A stretch of 64,000 bases of DNA from Camelus dromedarius (taxonomy: Eukaryota): contig NC_087437.1 in NCBI RefSeq assembly GCF_036321535.1, positions 105,650,001 through 105,714,000 on the forward strand. Reading direction: 5' to 3'. The notes under the pieces were generated by a model. It was given only the letters and a program-made list of their open reading frames with translations, made no database searches and had not been told where the DNA came from. The position numbers and the translations under genes are program-made. Below, piece by piece: positions 1-13,706 of the stretch; the stretch's first letter is position 1; every line of letters starts with the position of its first letter.

Positions 1-373
1 AATCATGTACTATCTTAGAAAAGGCAGAATTTGCTGTGTAGATAATTGTACTTACACAATTCATGGCTAATGATGACCTGCAAAGGCAAACCAATATAAA
101 CACCTCCAATATATGATAATTTTTATTTATATGGAACAAATTTAGTAGTTAGATGAAAAATATATGTACTGTTTAATTAAATAAATTTTTAAAACACTCT
201 CCTAGATTTAAGTAAAAATAAGAAAAAAGTAAATATATTTTTACATATTTTCAAATTTTAGGATACAGTATGCTCATATTTTTATTAAAGTTACTATCAT
301 TTGTCATTTATTTGCAATAAATGCTCAAAGATAAATAATTAAAAAAATTCCATCAGAAAGCTGTATACAATAT

Positions 374-756
374 TGTCAAAAAAAAAAAAAACAAAAAACA
401 AGACTCAAATGGAGTCACTTGTGCTGAGTCCCACCTTACTAAACCAAGATTTAACACCTAACCTAAGTGCAGTTTCAGCCCCTCCCAGGAACGTGACCTT
501 TAGTCAGTTTGAAATTTGCTGGCCAGCACCAGTGAGGTTATCTACAATAAATACCCCTGCCTTCCTTCAAAAAAAGGTGACTTTTCTTTTGTTTCTGACT
601 TCCTTGTCCCACCCCCTTTCTATCTTGAAAACTTTCCATTTTTCACAACTCCTCAATGCTCCTTTCTGTTTGCTAGATGGAATGCAACCCAATTCATGAA
701 TCACTGGATAAGGACAATTTGATCTTCACATTTACTCAGTTCAACTTTTTTTCACA
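374..756 (+). mobile_element. Solo LTR, ERV1-like
   Basis: TG...CA termini and a near-TSD ATAT (370-373) / GTAT (757-760). Length and 3' end resemble an LTR. Family recalled, not searched. Confidence 0.7.
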
Positions 757-968
757 GTATAATGGCTTTAAACTGTCCATTTTAAATGATAAACAAGAAC
801 CAGAAGAGTTTCCAAGTCTAATCTAATAATGTATTCAAATATATTAGATCTGCATAATTAAGTTAAAATCTGCCTAAGTGAAAATACTTACTTTGGAATG
901 TCAACAATAGATATTAACAATTTTGAACACTATCATTACATCTCCCAGTTTTAATTCTATACTATCTC

Positions 969-1408
969 TGCGAAATAAAATTCACATTTTATGCCAAGGT
1001 GAGAGAAAAACTTTTTTCTCTGCCCTTTGGTCTCCTCTCTCTCCTCTACTGTGCATTATGTATCTGCATTATTCATTGACCAAACCTCCCCATCAGCAGA
1101 AATCCCTGCTAAACTGTAAACAGCAACATCTTCTTAGCACCAATAAGACAACACCTTAAAAGATAACATCCCTTCTTGATCTTGTAAGGGGCCACAATGC
1201 TTAGATCTGGACTGTGTATACTGTCAATAATATGTCATTTAATGTACAGCAAGTGTACATTAAATGTATATAACTCTGTCTTGACTTCTAATGGACTGAA
1301 CAGTTCTCACAGCTTTCTGAGATTTTGTTCCTGGGTTATAACCTTCAATTTGGCTCAAATAAAACTTTCCATTTCTCGCTTAGATTGACTGATTAATTTT
1401 TGTTGGCA
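969..1408 (+). mobile_element. Solo LTR, ERV1-like
   Basis: Starts TG (969) and ends GGCA (1408). AATAAA at 1358-1363 is followed by a short U5-like T-rich segment. No clean TSD. Confidence 0.65.
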
Positions 1409-2077
1409 TTTCTCTTTAGACAGAACTTATTTATACTGTTAGGAAAGATGATAGATTATTGGAGTATTTTCAGAGCAATAATAATTGTGCAAGGTTAGCA
1501 CCTCATGAAATTTGTAAATGTTTAATATTGTGCCCAGTCACATGTTAAAAATCACCAAAATACGTGCGGTTTGGCTGTAGATTTAAAAAATATGTTCTAG
1601 CGCTATTTCAATATAAATTGATTGATCCCATGCTGCAAGCCCTTCCCCATCAGCTGACATTTATTTTTAATATCTTTTCCTTGGATATATTGATGTCCAG
1701 GGTTCTTGCTTAATGATATGATTCCATAATGATTTGGTCTCAAAACCATAGACGTTTCAAAATTCTCTGAGATTCATTAACCTCTTATCCCCCAACTGCC
1801 GCACCACTGGCATGTGGACATGACAACACAATTTATATCCGGGCTCAGTAACGCAGGGAGTGAGGCAATTATTCCACTTGGTTATCTGCATTGATTAAAT
1901 TCACCTTCAAGTTGCTCTTGTCTCCAAATTATCTGACGAACAACATGCACAGGTAGAGGATCCTGTTAAAATTGTAATTCCCTCAATTCCCAGGTAACAC
2001 CTTTCTTCTTTCATAGAAACAAAAAATCTGAAAGATTATGATTGGAAATGAGTAAAAGCACATCTCTCACATAGGGC

Positions 2078-2267
2078 AGTAATTCTCGACAGTCATATGT
2101 TGTCAAAATCATCTGGTGAGCTTATTAAAAGAGAGGTTGCTGGGCTCCCAGAATTCCTGATTCAGCAGATCTAAGATGAGGACTGAGAACTTATGTCTTT
2201 AATAAAGTTTCAAGATAATGATGATATCTCCAGGTGTGTTCTAAGTACTACAGTTGAGGAACTGTTG
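2078..2267. mobile_element. MER5A-like hAT non-autonomous DNA transposon
   Basis: About 190 bp with ends cagtaattctc...gaggaactg and internal motifs 'aaaatcatctggtgagcttattaaaa' and 'cagaattcctgattcagcagatcta', resembling MER5A. Confidence 0.65.
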
Positions 2268-2737
2268 ACTGCTGACTTACACTACTATTAGATAATTGAT
2301 CATGTAATACCCAGAGTAAATAAGGAATACTTATTCCATACTCCCATCTTCAGAGCAAAGCTGACCTAGCTAAAATTAATAGATTTAGTGAGGGTTTTTA
2401 GCCATCTACCTTGTACAAGTGCATAGAATATATATCACTTTAAAAAATATTAAAGCTTTTAAGATGGTGAGAGTAGCAAGTACTTATGCTTGTTGAATTT
2501 CAAACTCTATTCTTCTAAACAGTTTTGCATTTTTTACCAAATGCCAGTTTCTCAGAATAAGGAGTGACATTTCATGGGTAGAGCCTTTAGTGCTGCATAA
2601 TGTGAATCACCTGATACTCTAATAATGTAGAATGTCTTCTAACATATTTCATCACTTAGTGCAGAGAGAGCATGCTTACGAAAGTAATCCTTTATTAGCC
2701 TTGCCCCAAGACTTTCTGTGTAAGTTGAATGTCTCGC

Positions 2738-3201
2738 TGTTACGGAAACAACAGGCCAGTCAAGAAACAAGCACCACTCAGAGGGTTGGAGTACTCAGGT
2801 GTATTACGCCGGTGGGCTCAGAGGGGCTTCTGCTCCGAAGCTCTGAGCACCTCCAAGAAGTGCACATGAGGTTTTATAGGGTAAAGTACAAGCTTGGGGT
2901 ATTCAGCCAATAGGCATGGAACAGCTTTAGCAGCATTATCATCACAAAGGTGGAGGCGGGGAGGCAGCAAACCAACATTCCAAAGCCAGATATGTATCTT
3001 TGAAAAACCAACTGGCTAGCAAAAAACATGAACAGCAAACCAACACTAATTAACCTAGATTTACAAGTTAGTCTAGCAGAACTCAGATCAGTATTCCAAT
3101 ACTTAGATTTGTGAGTTATCTTGTTAGCCCAGCCCAGCCTCTCCTTCACATTCCTAGACTTGTGAGTTATCTTATTAGACCAGCCCGGCTTTTCCTTCAC
3201 A
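2738..3201 (-). mobile_element. Young solo ERV1-type LTR
   Basis: TGT...ACA termini and a perfect 4-bp TSD TCGC (2734-2737 and 3202-3205). Retains CpGs. Minus-strand TATA-like motif (ttttatag near 2872). Confidence 0.88.
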
Positions 3202-3983
3202 TCGCTGGAATAAAACTTGGGTTCTTAAATGTCTGCACCACCATTTTCTACCATAATGTGATCAAAGAACTGCCACAATGTAGAATGACTTAGAAGATAT
3301 TATGAAATTATTGTTACAATGTTAGTTAGTTTTATTTTATTGTCTCTACTTTTGCTTATACAAATATGTATACTATTACACAATTAATGATAAGTTTATA
3401 AGGATGTTCTAACAGTATTTTTTTCTGTAAAATTTATTAAGCAATTTATTAGTCTTTGTATCAATGTAGAATACAAAGAAAAGGATATATAGATCCTTTC
3501 CATAGTGCACCATTCCTTTAAGTATTTCCAGTCTATTATCAGATTGAATGATAATTCATTACAACAACAGCAATTCATTGAACAAGCTACTCTTATCTGC
3601 TCACTTTTGGTCTTATCTACATGCTTTTCCAGGAAAAGAACTCACTGCGGAGAAAGAAAACTTTGGTTACTTAGCAACAAACAAAAGATTAAATTCAAAG
3701 ATGTGAGATAATGGAGAAGAGATAAACACAGGTGTATGTGAATAAACTCTATAAAATATTTGTTTGAAACAGAAAAGTGCAAACTGCAGTGCGTTCTATC
3801 AACTGCCCTAAAGCTTGTTGGTGGGAGTCACAATGCATCCCCCGCTTTCCCATTATCCCCAATTCATGGATCCCCACTAAGGCCCTCAGAGCTCTTCTCT
3901 AGGCTGCTAAATGAGTAAATGAAGATCTTCCTTCCTATATAGGTAGCTTCCTGAAGACTTATTCCATATTGAGAAAAAACCAC

Positions 3984-4456
3984 TGTCGACTGAAATAAAC
4001 GCACAGCCTAAAAGTTGAGAGTTATGTTTTATTTGGCAGGAGGACTTGAGCTGGGATGACAGCCTCTCAAATCGCTCTGAGGGACTGCTCCGAAGAGGTA
4101 GGGAGGAGCTAGGACATACCGGCGTTTTACAACAAAGACCACAAGTTGGAACAATAAAAGATTGTTATCTAAAGAAAACCAGGCATCTCAAGTTAAAGAA
4201 TTTAGTGCTTTTCTATGTATGGGAAGAAGCAAACATTTGGGCTCATTGAATTCATTCCTTTGACAAGCGCCTAGCTGTCTAGGGCCAGTATCCTGTCCTT
4301 TCTTATTCTGAGTCCCCTCAGGGTGCACCATTGTGAGTGGCTGCAGAGGCCAGGCTGCAGGCTTGTCTTCCTTGGGGGGTGGCGGCAGCGGCTGATGACT
4401 TGATGGCTTCAGCATTCTCTGTTTACTGATGTGGTTTGCAGTATTTTTCACTCACA
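3984..4456 (-). mobile_element. Solo ERV1-type LTR
   Basis: TGT...ACA termini and TSD CCAC/CCCC with one mismatch. Minus-strand AATAAA (tttatt near 4028). GC content above background. Confidence 0.8.
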
Positions 4457-7439
4457 CCCCAAATGAAACAAAAAGTTGTAAAATACATGTGAGGCTTTGC
4501 CGGATTCTTTTCATTTCTCATAACGTGCCAAATTTAGAGAAACACGACTAACTTAATCCTGCAAAATATTAACTTTCTCCATGTACAGCGAACAATTAAT
4601 ATAAACATTGATTTTGTTTTAATAACTCGAAATTGCTTTTGAAATATGTATCTTCATGCAAATATGATTATATATTTATTCACATGTGTAATGGGTAAAT
4701 GTAAAGAATGAAAACCTTAAGATTATAGTGATTAAATTATAACATTTAATGAGCTTATGTAAAGATATGATGGAAACTTACACAAGGGCACCTCTGTCCT
4801 AAGATCACAGATCTCCCTGTGGTTTTAACATCTTCCAAGAAAAGCTCCATCTTATGAACCCTAACATTTAAGCAGAAATGAAAGAAAATATCTGAAAAGT
4901 GTCTACATCTGTTATATGTTCTAGCTTTATTCTATTAGATTGACTTGACTTAAAAAAAAAACTATCAATGATTTGTCACTTAAACATTAACATATTTGTA
5001 AGAATAAGCTAATGACTTTTGGCATGCATTCTTCCATTTAAAACTAACATAATTTGCAGGAAAAAAGTAGATACTCTGGAGGAAGCATCATAATAGTCAC
5101 TATTAGCTTCTCTGATTCTTATTAAACCTTCATTTTTGACACAAGTAATGAAACAAAAATTAACAAACAGGTCTCCTTCAATGCTGATCTCAACAAAGTT
5201 GTTTTTTTATTTTTAAATCTACTTTGAAAGCAAACAGAAATAAGTGGCAGAAGTTTTAGGTTTTGTTTGTTTATTAGTTTGCATTTAAATAAAACAGAAC
5301 CTAAGAAGGAAACTTCAGGAAAGTCTATGAATTATTTTAAGGGTCATTTTTCCAGAAGGTCTTGAAACTAGAGTAATCTAGTCACAATTGGTACGCCCTT
5401 CGGAAAATTTCCCAACCTTTCTTTTCTACTTTATAAAACCATAAAATTTTCTTTTCTGGTTAAATGAATCAATGAGTCTGTAAGTACAGGGATACATATT
5501 TGCCCCCAGGGCAGAGTGTCAGGCAGCACACAGATGTATAGACAGAATTATATCATTAGAATTTTCGGAACCTCTGTACACCCAGCTGGAGAGGTAAGGT
5601 TAACAAAACATTTGTAGGGAAGTGACTTGAATTTTCAAAGTTATAAAGCCATAATTTGTAGCTAGAGATGTACATACAGGGAGTCAAAGTAAGCTATCTT
5701 CTCCTTGGAGGAAAGGAGGCTGAAAGACAATTCAGGCTAAAACAGCAAGCCCCTCCCTCCCCCACTGAGGAAGCAGATCAGTCAGTAAAGAGCACGGAGG
5801 CCCGGATGTGGAAGTCTTGGAAATTTTGGTTCTCACAAGTCTATAAGGCCAGTGATGCCAAAAACTGCCCTCCAGGGGATGGTTGACAATCAAGACTTCG
5901 TCATCGACGATGGAACTGCAGCTAGCCGATTAAATCATCCCTTCCTGAGCAATAAAGTCATGATATGGTAATCTCGGATTTATGTTACTGACAACATTTG
6001 GACTGAGTGATGAACAGTAGAGAGAAGGGAATGAAAATATTTAGCCACACTTTTGAGTAACAAATATTTCATTTTGCTGTTTTAACTTTAATCTCTTGGG
6101 AACTTGAATATTAGTTGGTTTCTTCCCAGGAAATTCATAACAGTGCTGAATTTATATTTACATTTTGGAAATTTTATGTTGATGGCATTTTACTCTTGGG
6201 GAAAATTCATGCTGTCATTTATTCATTGCAAAACCTCTAATGGGTTTATTGGATAACACAGATGAGAGACAGAACAGAGCGAATTTTCTGAGTACATTTG
6301 GAATTCGTTAAATGAAATTATTATTTTTGTTTCCTAGTGGCAAAAGATAAAATTTCCTTTCTTAGGATTATGGAAATATATGAAGAAGATGCCATATTAG
6401 GTTTTGGAGGAGTTGCTGCAGGAAGTGAAAGGTCCTCCCTTCAGGAAGCTCTTCTCTGTTTGTAAGGGGCACCCGGCTTCAGAGACAGTAGACTTTATGG
6501 CAAAGACCAACAGATGAAGAGAACAAAACTGGAGAGGATGTTAGCAAGCAACAGTAGGTTGGAACGGTGGGTTCTATTCCCTCAAGAATTCTTCCTACTT
6601 CTCTCCACCCTTTATTTAGTTCTCCCCAGAGAGAGACTTTCCTAATTGGTGAGTTTAGAAGAAGAAAGTGGGCGTAGGATGATCAAGTATTCCTTTCCTC
6701 TCTTTCTTCAGGTCCTTGCCTCGGTGAAGGGCTTTGCTTCAATGAAGGGCTTTGCCTCATTTATTCTAGTTGCCTTTGTTTCTACATGAAAGTTTTGTAC
6801 GAAGTTTTAATCCTCAAATTTTCCCTGTGACGAAGGAAAAGTAAAATGTAATTCATGCCCACTGGCCTCTGGGTCTAAACTTCATCCCCAAACCCAATAT
6901 TTAGCAGCAATAAGCCTGATTTTTTGTCTTCGTTACCTTGATTTCTATGTCGAGTTGTCAACAGCTGCAGAGCTTGCACGGAGAAAGAAGTCATACTTAT
7001 AACTCAGAACTGAATAGCAATTATGACAATAGCAATTGCATGAAAATATTGACGTCTACCTCTTATGCTCCTTTTTTTCTTGTTAATCTGGAGTGTTCTT
7101 CTCTAATTCTGCTTAATGGACACTTTCTTTCAATGCTTACTCTCTCAGCTGTTATCACTACTCTAAGCCCTTCTGTCACTTTCCCAAGTGTTTCATTTTC
7201 TGTGTTTTCATATTATTTGCTGTATTTTTGTTTTATAAAAGAATGACATTCATTTGGCATGGCACTTTTTCAGATCCATCTTTACTTTGTGGTAGTAGTT
7301 AACTGTTCTGTATCAGTCTCTGTAGCACAAATCAAAGACCATAAACCAAAGCAGAAATTTGTAACTTATTCAATAAATATATTTCTTTGCATTTTAACAT
7401 TTCTTCCCTATGCAGCTTTGACTTTCAAGTATCTTCAGC

Positions 7440-8206
7440 AGAGTCCAGAACTACTCCTCAAAGGTCAAATCTTTCACTGCTCCAACCTACACTGGCTTGT
7501 TTTATTAAATAATGTTTTACTGAGAAACAGTCATGGTCATTGATTTACATACTATCCATGGATGCTACAATGGCAAAGTTGGGTAATTGTCTCCGAGTTC
7601 TTTAGGCCAGTGTTTAACCTAAAACAACTACTGTCTGCCCCTTTAGAAGATCAGCGAGGAAAATCTTTTGCTTTACTCCCTTAAGTAAAATACCAGGGGA
7701 CCTGCAAATGAAACTAACAAAAGACAAATTAGGAGAAATGGTACGTGACGTTTACTAACACTGATGTGCATAGGAGATTATAAAAAAAGTGAAACTCATC
7801 AAAGCAGTTAGACTCTGGGGCTTACATACCCTGTTAACAAAGGAAAGAGGATCTGAGCTTTAAGGGACAATAAATTGTGGGGACGTGACTAGGGAATAAT
7901 GGGGGAACTAGTGGATGATAAGGTCTATTTTGGTAAAGTCTGTTTATGCAAGGCATCTAGATGACTAAGAAGAATCTCTCTTCTCTTGCAGGTGTGGGTG
8001 GGGATGGAGGTACACATCTTTCTCAAAGGAAAATTTACACCCTGCTTTCAGGCAGATAAGGAGAAGGCAGAGAGCTCTTCCTGCATCTGTTGATGCTGCA
8101 TCTGTTGATGCTCAGCTGCCTTCAGCTCAAAATAGTTCTTACACCAAAGTAGCACGCATTTGCATGATATGTTCTGGACGCCTTCAACAGAGTTTGTTGA
8201 CACTTG
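7440..8206 (+). mobile_element. MER58A-like hAT element split by an LTR (pieces about 7440-7650 and 8187-8206)
   Basis: The stretch 'aataatgttttactgagaaacagtcatggtcatt...ctacaatggcaaagttgggtaattg...actgtctgcccctttag' resumes as 'agtttgttgacacttg' after the LTR, following the MER58A order. Confidence 0.6.
7651..8186 (-). mobile_element. ERV1-like LTR nested in the MER58A-like element
   Basis: Ends 'gccttcagctcaaaatagttctta...ccttca' (TGAAGG start on the minus strand). About 535 bp, interrupts the MER58A-like element. No clear TSD. Confidence 0.6.
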
Positions 8207-8452
8207 CTTTAAGGTATGAAAGCCCCTTATTAAGAGAACACAGGATAATGTTCTAAAATCTCTAGAGTTAACATTTTTCTCCTCCTAGCACGTACCTTAA
8301 TTTCTCACCCACTCTTAAACCATCTGTGGTTACTTTCCTGTTTAGCAATATCTTTTTCTAATTTTCATTACCGTATACTTTAGTAATAGCACTAAAGTTT
8401 TCTTATTGCCGTATTTTAAAATAATTTGAATATGCCATTTCTCCTTAGAGAT

Positions 8453-8880
8453 TGTCTTAGTACAGGTTCCCTAGAAAACTGATTCTAAGGGGGAAAAAGA
8501 AAGCACAATGTACTATGTGTTTATACACAAACACTTTAATAAGAATGCAATCACAGGGAAGCAGGAAAGAGTGAGCAAGGGAAATAAGGAAGAAGTGAAG
8601 TACATTAAAAAAAGGGCTTCACCTACCCGGTCATGACTTTGTAATAAGAGTGTCTGATTGCTCTCTCTCACAAATTACCTTCAGAGAAGGTATAAAAATT
8701 ACTGCAGCTCCAATCCATCTTAGTGTGGGGGTAAGAACGGAAGAATGAAGACGACCATCTCCTATTGGTAACACCTCAACCACAGGGAATCGGCTCTCAT
8801 GCATTCCAATTATACCAGCTGACTTTCATGCATCCACCATGAAAGTTAGATCTCAAAATAGTGCAGTGACCCCTACCACA
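8453..8880. mobile_element. Old ERVL-type LTR relic
   Basis: Starts 'tgtcttagtacaggttccctagaa' and ends 'accaca', resembling ERVL LTR termini. Highly decayed. Confidence 0.35.
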
Positions 8881-10936
8881 CAAGCAGTGGGTTGTACATT
8901 TAAGACAAATGAATAGAGACATGAAAGAATTGCTGAGACATAATGTTAATATAATTTTTCTAAACAGTTAGAATGATTAATAGTTACTACTTTTACAGTT
9001 AAAAATGTCTCCAAATACAGAGAAGTGAGGAAAACCTTCAAAATCACCACTCTCCACTTTCTCTAGAATGTAATAATATCTCAGTATCTTGAAGCTGAAA
9101 ATCTTGTGTAGATCTGGACATGTGCTTCTTGTAAGTGCCAGTGGCAGGAAAAAAACCAAGTCAAAATGACCCTCAGCTTCAAATGAGAGTTCCGATACCT
9201 GTGCGTGGTAAATTACATTGACTATTGAATTTTAATCATTTTGGGAGGACTTGTTATTTTAAATAATGTATTCATAATTTCCTTTTAGTTTAAGGATTTT
9301 TTAAATTAAATCACCAACTATTGTAGAACCCTAATCTGTTAATAAGTAAACAAATGTTACACAGAGGACTTACTTTTTTTTTTCTTTGCAAAGTAAATTT
9401 TATCCCATAAACATTAATAGAGATACAGATTTTATGAAACACAAAAACCCAAGAAAACTACCTTTCAATCCATTTCTTTTGAAAGCTAAAGTTCATGCAG
9501 CACCACGATCACCATTTTTCTGATAGTAGACAGATAAATGAATAAATAATTACCTAATTAAGCATTAAAATATAAAGTTATTTCCATGGAAACCTGACAA
9601 TGTATAATTAGGGAAAAGACTTACCAGAAATTTTTGATGTCATGTGCAATTAAAATAATTACCTTTGTATTATAAGTTGCTTATTACTTTAGGGTTTATG
9701 AGCATACAGCGTTAAATTCTTACATATTATTTGTGTAATTCTGATTTAAATGCTTTTGATTTTTTTAATTACTATTGATGATACAGAAAGACATTCTACT
9801 CCCAACTTCATAAAAGCAGAAAAAATATAACACTTAATTTTGGATTAAAAATTTGAAAATTTTTACTGTTAAGGGTTAATTTGCCTATAACCCAAAGCTG
9901 GGTGTAATTGGAAGGTTAATGATAAAATGTTCTATAGAAATGCTTTGAACATGCACAAATCCTGAATGTGTAGTCTAATAAATGCGCTTTATAAATCTAC
10001 AACCATGCAGAGGCAAATGTATTTGGCACAGCTAACTGATTTTAATCATTTACCTCATGAAGACATAAGCATATTAACATAGTATTCTATTGACTTGATG
10101 TTTCAGGCAAAAAATATTATTATGGGTCATAAAGCACTGGTTACAAAACATCTAATACCATGACTGTTAATAGTCAGACTAACAAGTATCATATTGATCT
10201 TTTATTTTCTTTTCACTGGACCCTTATAACTAAGAGAACATGCTCAGTGCTTGTTTTTACTTTCTTGACAATACACCTATTAACGGATTGCATCCTGGGA
10301 AAAAAAATCTACCTCTTAAAATTCCATTTGCCTTTGTGGTTAAACATGCTTGACCCAATGTCTTCAGAGAAAAAAAATGTACCTGGTCCCTAAATAAGCT
10401 GCATCAAATTTAGTAGAAGCATTTGAATAGCCCTGCTCTCAGCCCTGCAAAATAAATGAAAAATATATAATTTACTTAGCATCCTTATAAAAGAATCAAT
10501 GTTAGAGGTGAAGGAAATATTGTCACAAAAGAAAGAAAGAAAATATTTTATTTCCTCTGTAATTACCCATTTTTTGGTTCAAGTCTTTGAAAATGGTAGC
10601 GATGATACAGCCTCTAATGAAGGCAGTGACATAAAATATATTAAGCTGTGGCATTTCTCAGGTTTGTCTTCTGTGTCACTGTGTCTGCATTTCAAATACA
10701 AAGTTTTAAAAAAAGGTTATTTATACATATGTGCTGAATTAATTTTAAGAACGCTGCATGATCCCATAGGAGGAATATTTTCACCTAAGAATTGCTAACT
10801 TTGTAGCATTTCTAAGTGCTTAAGGATTTTAAAATTCTATTTTAGGGAGTTTATCATCTGTGCTTTGAAGGAGGTGGGTTCTGTATGTGCCTTTCAGCAC
10901 TGTAATTCAAAAATAGGAATCTTTGGCTGGGAGAAG

Positions 10937-11024
10937 TTTTTTTTTTTTTAACATTTTTTATTGATTTATAATCATTTTACAATGTTGTGTCAAATTCCAG
11001 TGTTCAGCACAATTTTTCAGTTAT
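10937..11024 (-). mobile_element. Very short, young L1 3' end with poly(A)
   Basis: Poly-T followed by 'aacattttttattgatttataatcattttacaatgttgtgtcaaattccagtg', the reverse complement of an L1 terminus like that at 58000-58050. Confidence 0.75.
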
Positions 11025-11237
11025 TTGTTTTTTAATGAAATGTTAGGAAGTAATTTTGTGGGCTAGGATTAAAATTATAACTTTTGAAAGGTATTAGATT
11101 TTCTTGAAGTAAAATATGATGGTTCTTAGTCAATAAGTGCCATATTTTTAACTCAAAAGAATTCAGAGGAAATAAAACTAGTCAAGTAAATTTTTTAAAA
11201 AATTTTTCTTAATCATCAGAATATTACGCATTGGTTA

Positions 11238-13270
11238 TGAAAAAAAAGAATAGCCTAAACAATCTTGAGAGAGAAGAACAAAGCTGGAAATACCATGCTT
11301 CCAGGTTTCAAAGTATAGTATAAAGGTACAGTCATCAAAACAGTATGCTCCTGGCCAAAACAAAACAAACACTCAAACAAAACAGATACATAGATTAGTG
11401 GAACATAATAGAGAGCCTAAAAATGAACCTACATTTATATTGTCAATTAATCTACAACAAAGAGGCAAGAATATCCAATGCAGAAAAGATAGCCTCTTCA
11501 ATAAATGGTTTTGGGAAAACTCAACAAATGCATGCAAAAGGATCAAACTGACTACTTTCTCATACCATGCACAAAAATAAATTCAAATGGATTAAAGACG
11601 TAAACGTAATACCTGAAATCATAAAACATCCAGAAGAAAACATAGGCAGAAATCTTTTGACATCAGTTGTGGTAATATTACTTTGGGGCTCTGTCTCCTC
11701 AGGCAAGGGAAACAAGAACAAAACTAATAAAATGAGACTACATCAAACTAAAAAGTTTTGCACAGCAAAGAGAACTATCAACAAAATGAAAAGGCCACCT
11801 GCTGAATGGAAGAAGATATTTGCAAACATTATATCCAATATATATAAAGAACTCATACAACTCATCATCAAAAAGAAAAACAAAAAAACCTAATTAAAAA
11901 ATGGGCAAAATGAATAGATATTTTCACAAAGAAAACAGAGATGGCCAACAGGCACATGAAAATGAAAAAATATCCTCAAATCCAGTAATCATCAGAGAAA
12001 TGCAAATCAAAACCACAGTCAGTCATCACCTCACACCTATCAGAAAGGCTATTATTAAAAAGACAACAAATAACAAGTATTGGCGAGGATGTGGAGAAAA
12101 GTGAACCCTCATCACTGTTGATGAGAATGAAATTGATGCAGCCACTATGGAAAACAGTATGAAGTTTCCTCAAAAAACTAAAAAATAGAACTAATATATG
12201 ATCGAGCAATTCCTCTCCCAGTATTTATTTGAAGAAAAAGAAAACACTAATTAAGACAAGATATATGTAATCTTATGTTTATGGCAATATTATTTACAAT
12301 AGCCAAGATATGGAAGCAATGTAAGTAACCATAAATAGATGAATGGATAAAGAAGATGAGATACATATGTATAAATATGTACGTGTGTATATAGATACAC
12401 ACACACACACATACACACAATAGAAAATTACTCAGCCATAAAAAAAGAATAAAATCTTGCCCTTTGAAAGAATATGGATAAATCTTGAGGGTACTATGCT
12501 AAGTTAAATAAAGCAGACAGAGAAATACTGTATGATTTCACTTATACATGGAATCTTAAAAACAAAACAAATGAACAAACATAACAAAACAGAAAGAGAT
12601 CTATAGATACAGAGAACTAACATGATAAGCAGAGGGGAGGAGGCTGGGGGAAGAAATAAGTAAGGAGGATTAGGGGTACAATCTTTCAGTTGCCAAATAA
12701 ATGAATGGGTGTGAAATGTACAGTGTGGGAATATAGTCAATAACTATGTAGTATCTTTGTATGGTAATAAATGGTGACTAAACTTATCATGGTGATCATT
12801 TCAAAATGTATAGAAATATCAAATCACTATGTTTTGTAACAAGAACTAACACAATATTGTAAGTCAATTATACTTCAAAGGCAAACATAAAAACAAACTC
12901 ATAGAAAAAGAGGTCAGATCTGTGGTTAATTAGGAAGGGGATGGGAGAAGGGGAAAATGGATGAAGGCAGTCAAGAGGTACAAACTTCCAATTATAAGAT
13001 AAAGAAGCACTAGGGATGAAATGTACAACATCATAAATATAATTAGCACTGCTTTATGATATATGTGAAAGTTAAGAGAGTAAATTCTGGGTTTTCATCA
13101 CAAGGAATTTTTTCTATTTACTTAATTTTGTATCTATGAGATGATGAATAGTCACTAAATTTATTATGACAATCACTTTATGATGTATGCAAGTCAAATT
13201 ATTATGCTGTACACTTTAAATTTATACAATGTTGCACGTCAATTATATCTCAATAAAACTGGAAGAAGAA
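11238..13270 (+). mobile_element. 5'-truncated L1 (L1MA-like): ORF2 C-terminus and 3' UTR
   Basis: ORF2 peptides KDSLFNKW, FKWIKDVNV and IREMQIKTT in broken frames. Ends with AATAAA and an A-rich tail. Degenerate TSD aatattacgcattggt (11220-11235) / aatattatgattggt (13271-13285). Confidence 0.93.
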
Positions 13271-13706
13271 AATATTATGATTGGTCAGAATGCAGACAGA
13301 CATCATATTGGCTCTACTAGGAAAATAAAGGATAGAAAATCATTACATTTTTGCTTTTATTTTGACTCCATGAACAAACATAACCCATAAAATTATGTTA
13401 AATATCAACTTTGTTCTTTTTAAAAATCAACAAAAGATCTTTAAAGCTTTGATAGATTTACGTATTACAACTTGACCTGATCTTTATGGTTGATAAAATT
13501 ATTAACTAATCAGATAACACTTCTTTTGTCCCCTTCTTTTGACAAAATCCATGATGACAGGGATATAGAGGACTCAGAATCACATATCTATTGCCAAATT
13601 CCTAGACAGAAATTTGGTCAGTTGAAAACCTAAAAGAAAATTGTTTTGCCATTTTGAGGCTTTTTGGCCTAAACAGAAAATAAAAATAGTAAATTTATTT
13701 TTTTCA

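Noticed and set aside
5580..5935. Donor-like GAG/GTAAG site, a small CpG cluster and a catcg-a-cgatg hairpin
   Set aside because: No matching acceptor or reading frame could be supported, and the hairpin is too short to be meaningful.
6725..6758. 18-bp-period tandem duplication (tgaagggctttgc twice)
   Set aside because: An ordinary two-copy slippage duplication, not an array.
11398..12104. ORFs with real protein similarity (also 14134-14346, 28624-28905 and 56847-57074)
   Set aside because: These are frameshifted, truncated L1 ORF2 C-terminal fragments, not host genes.
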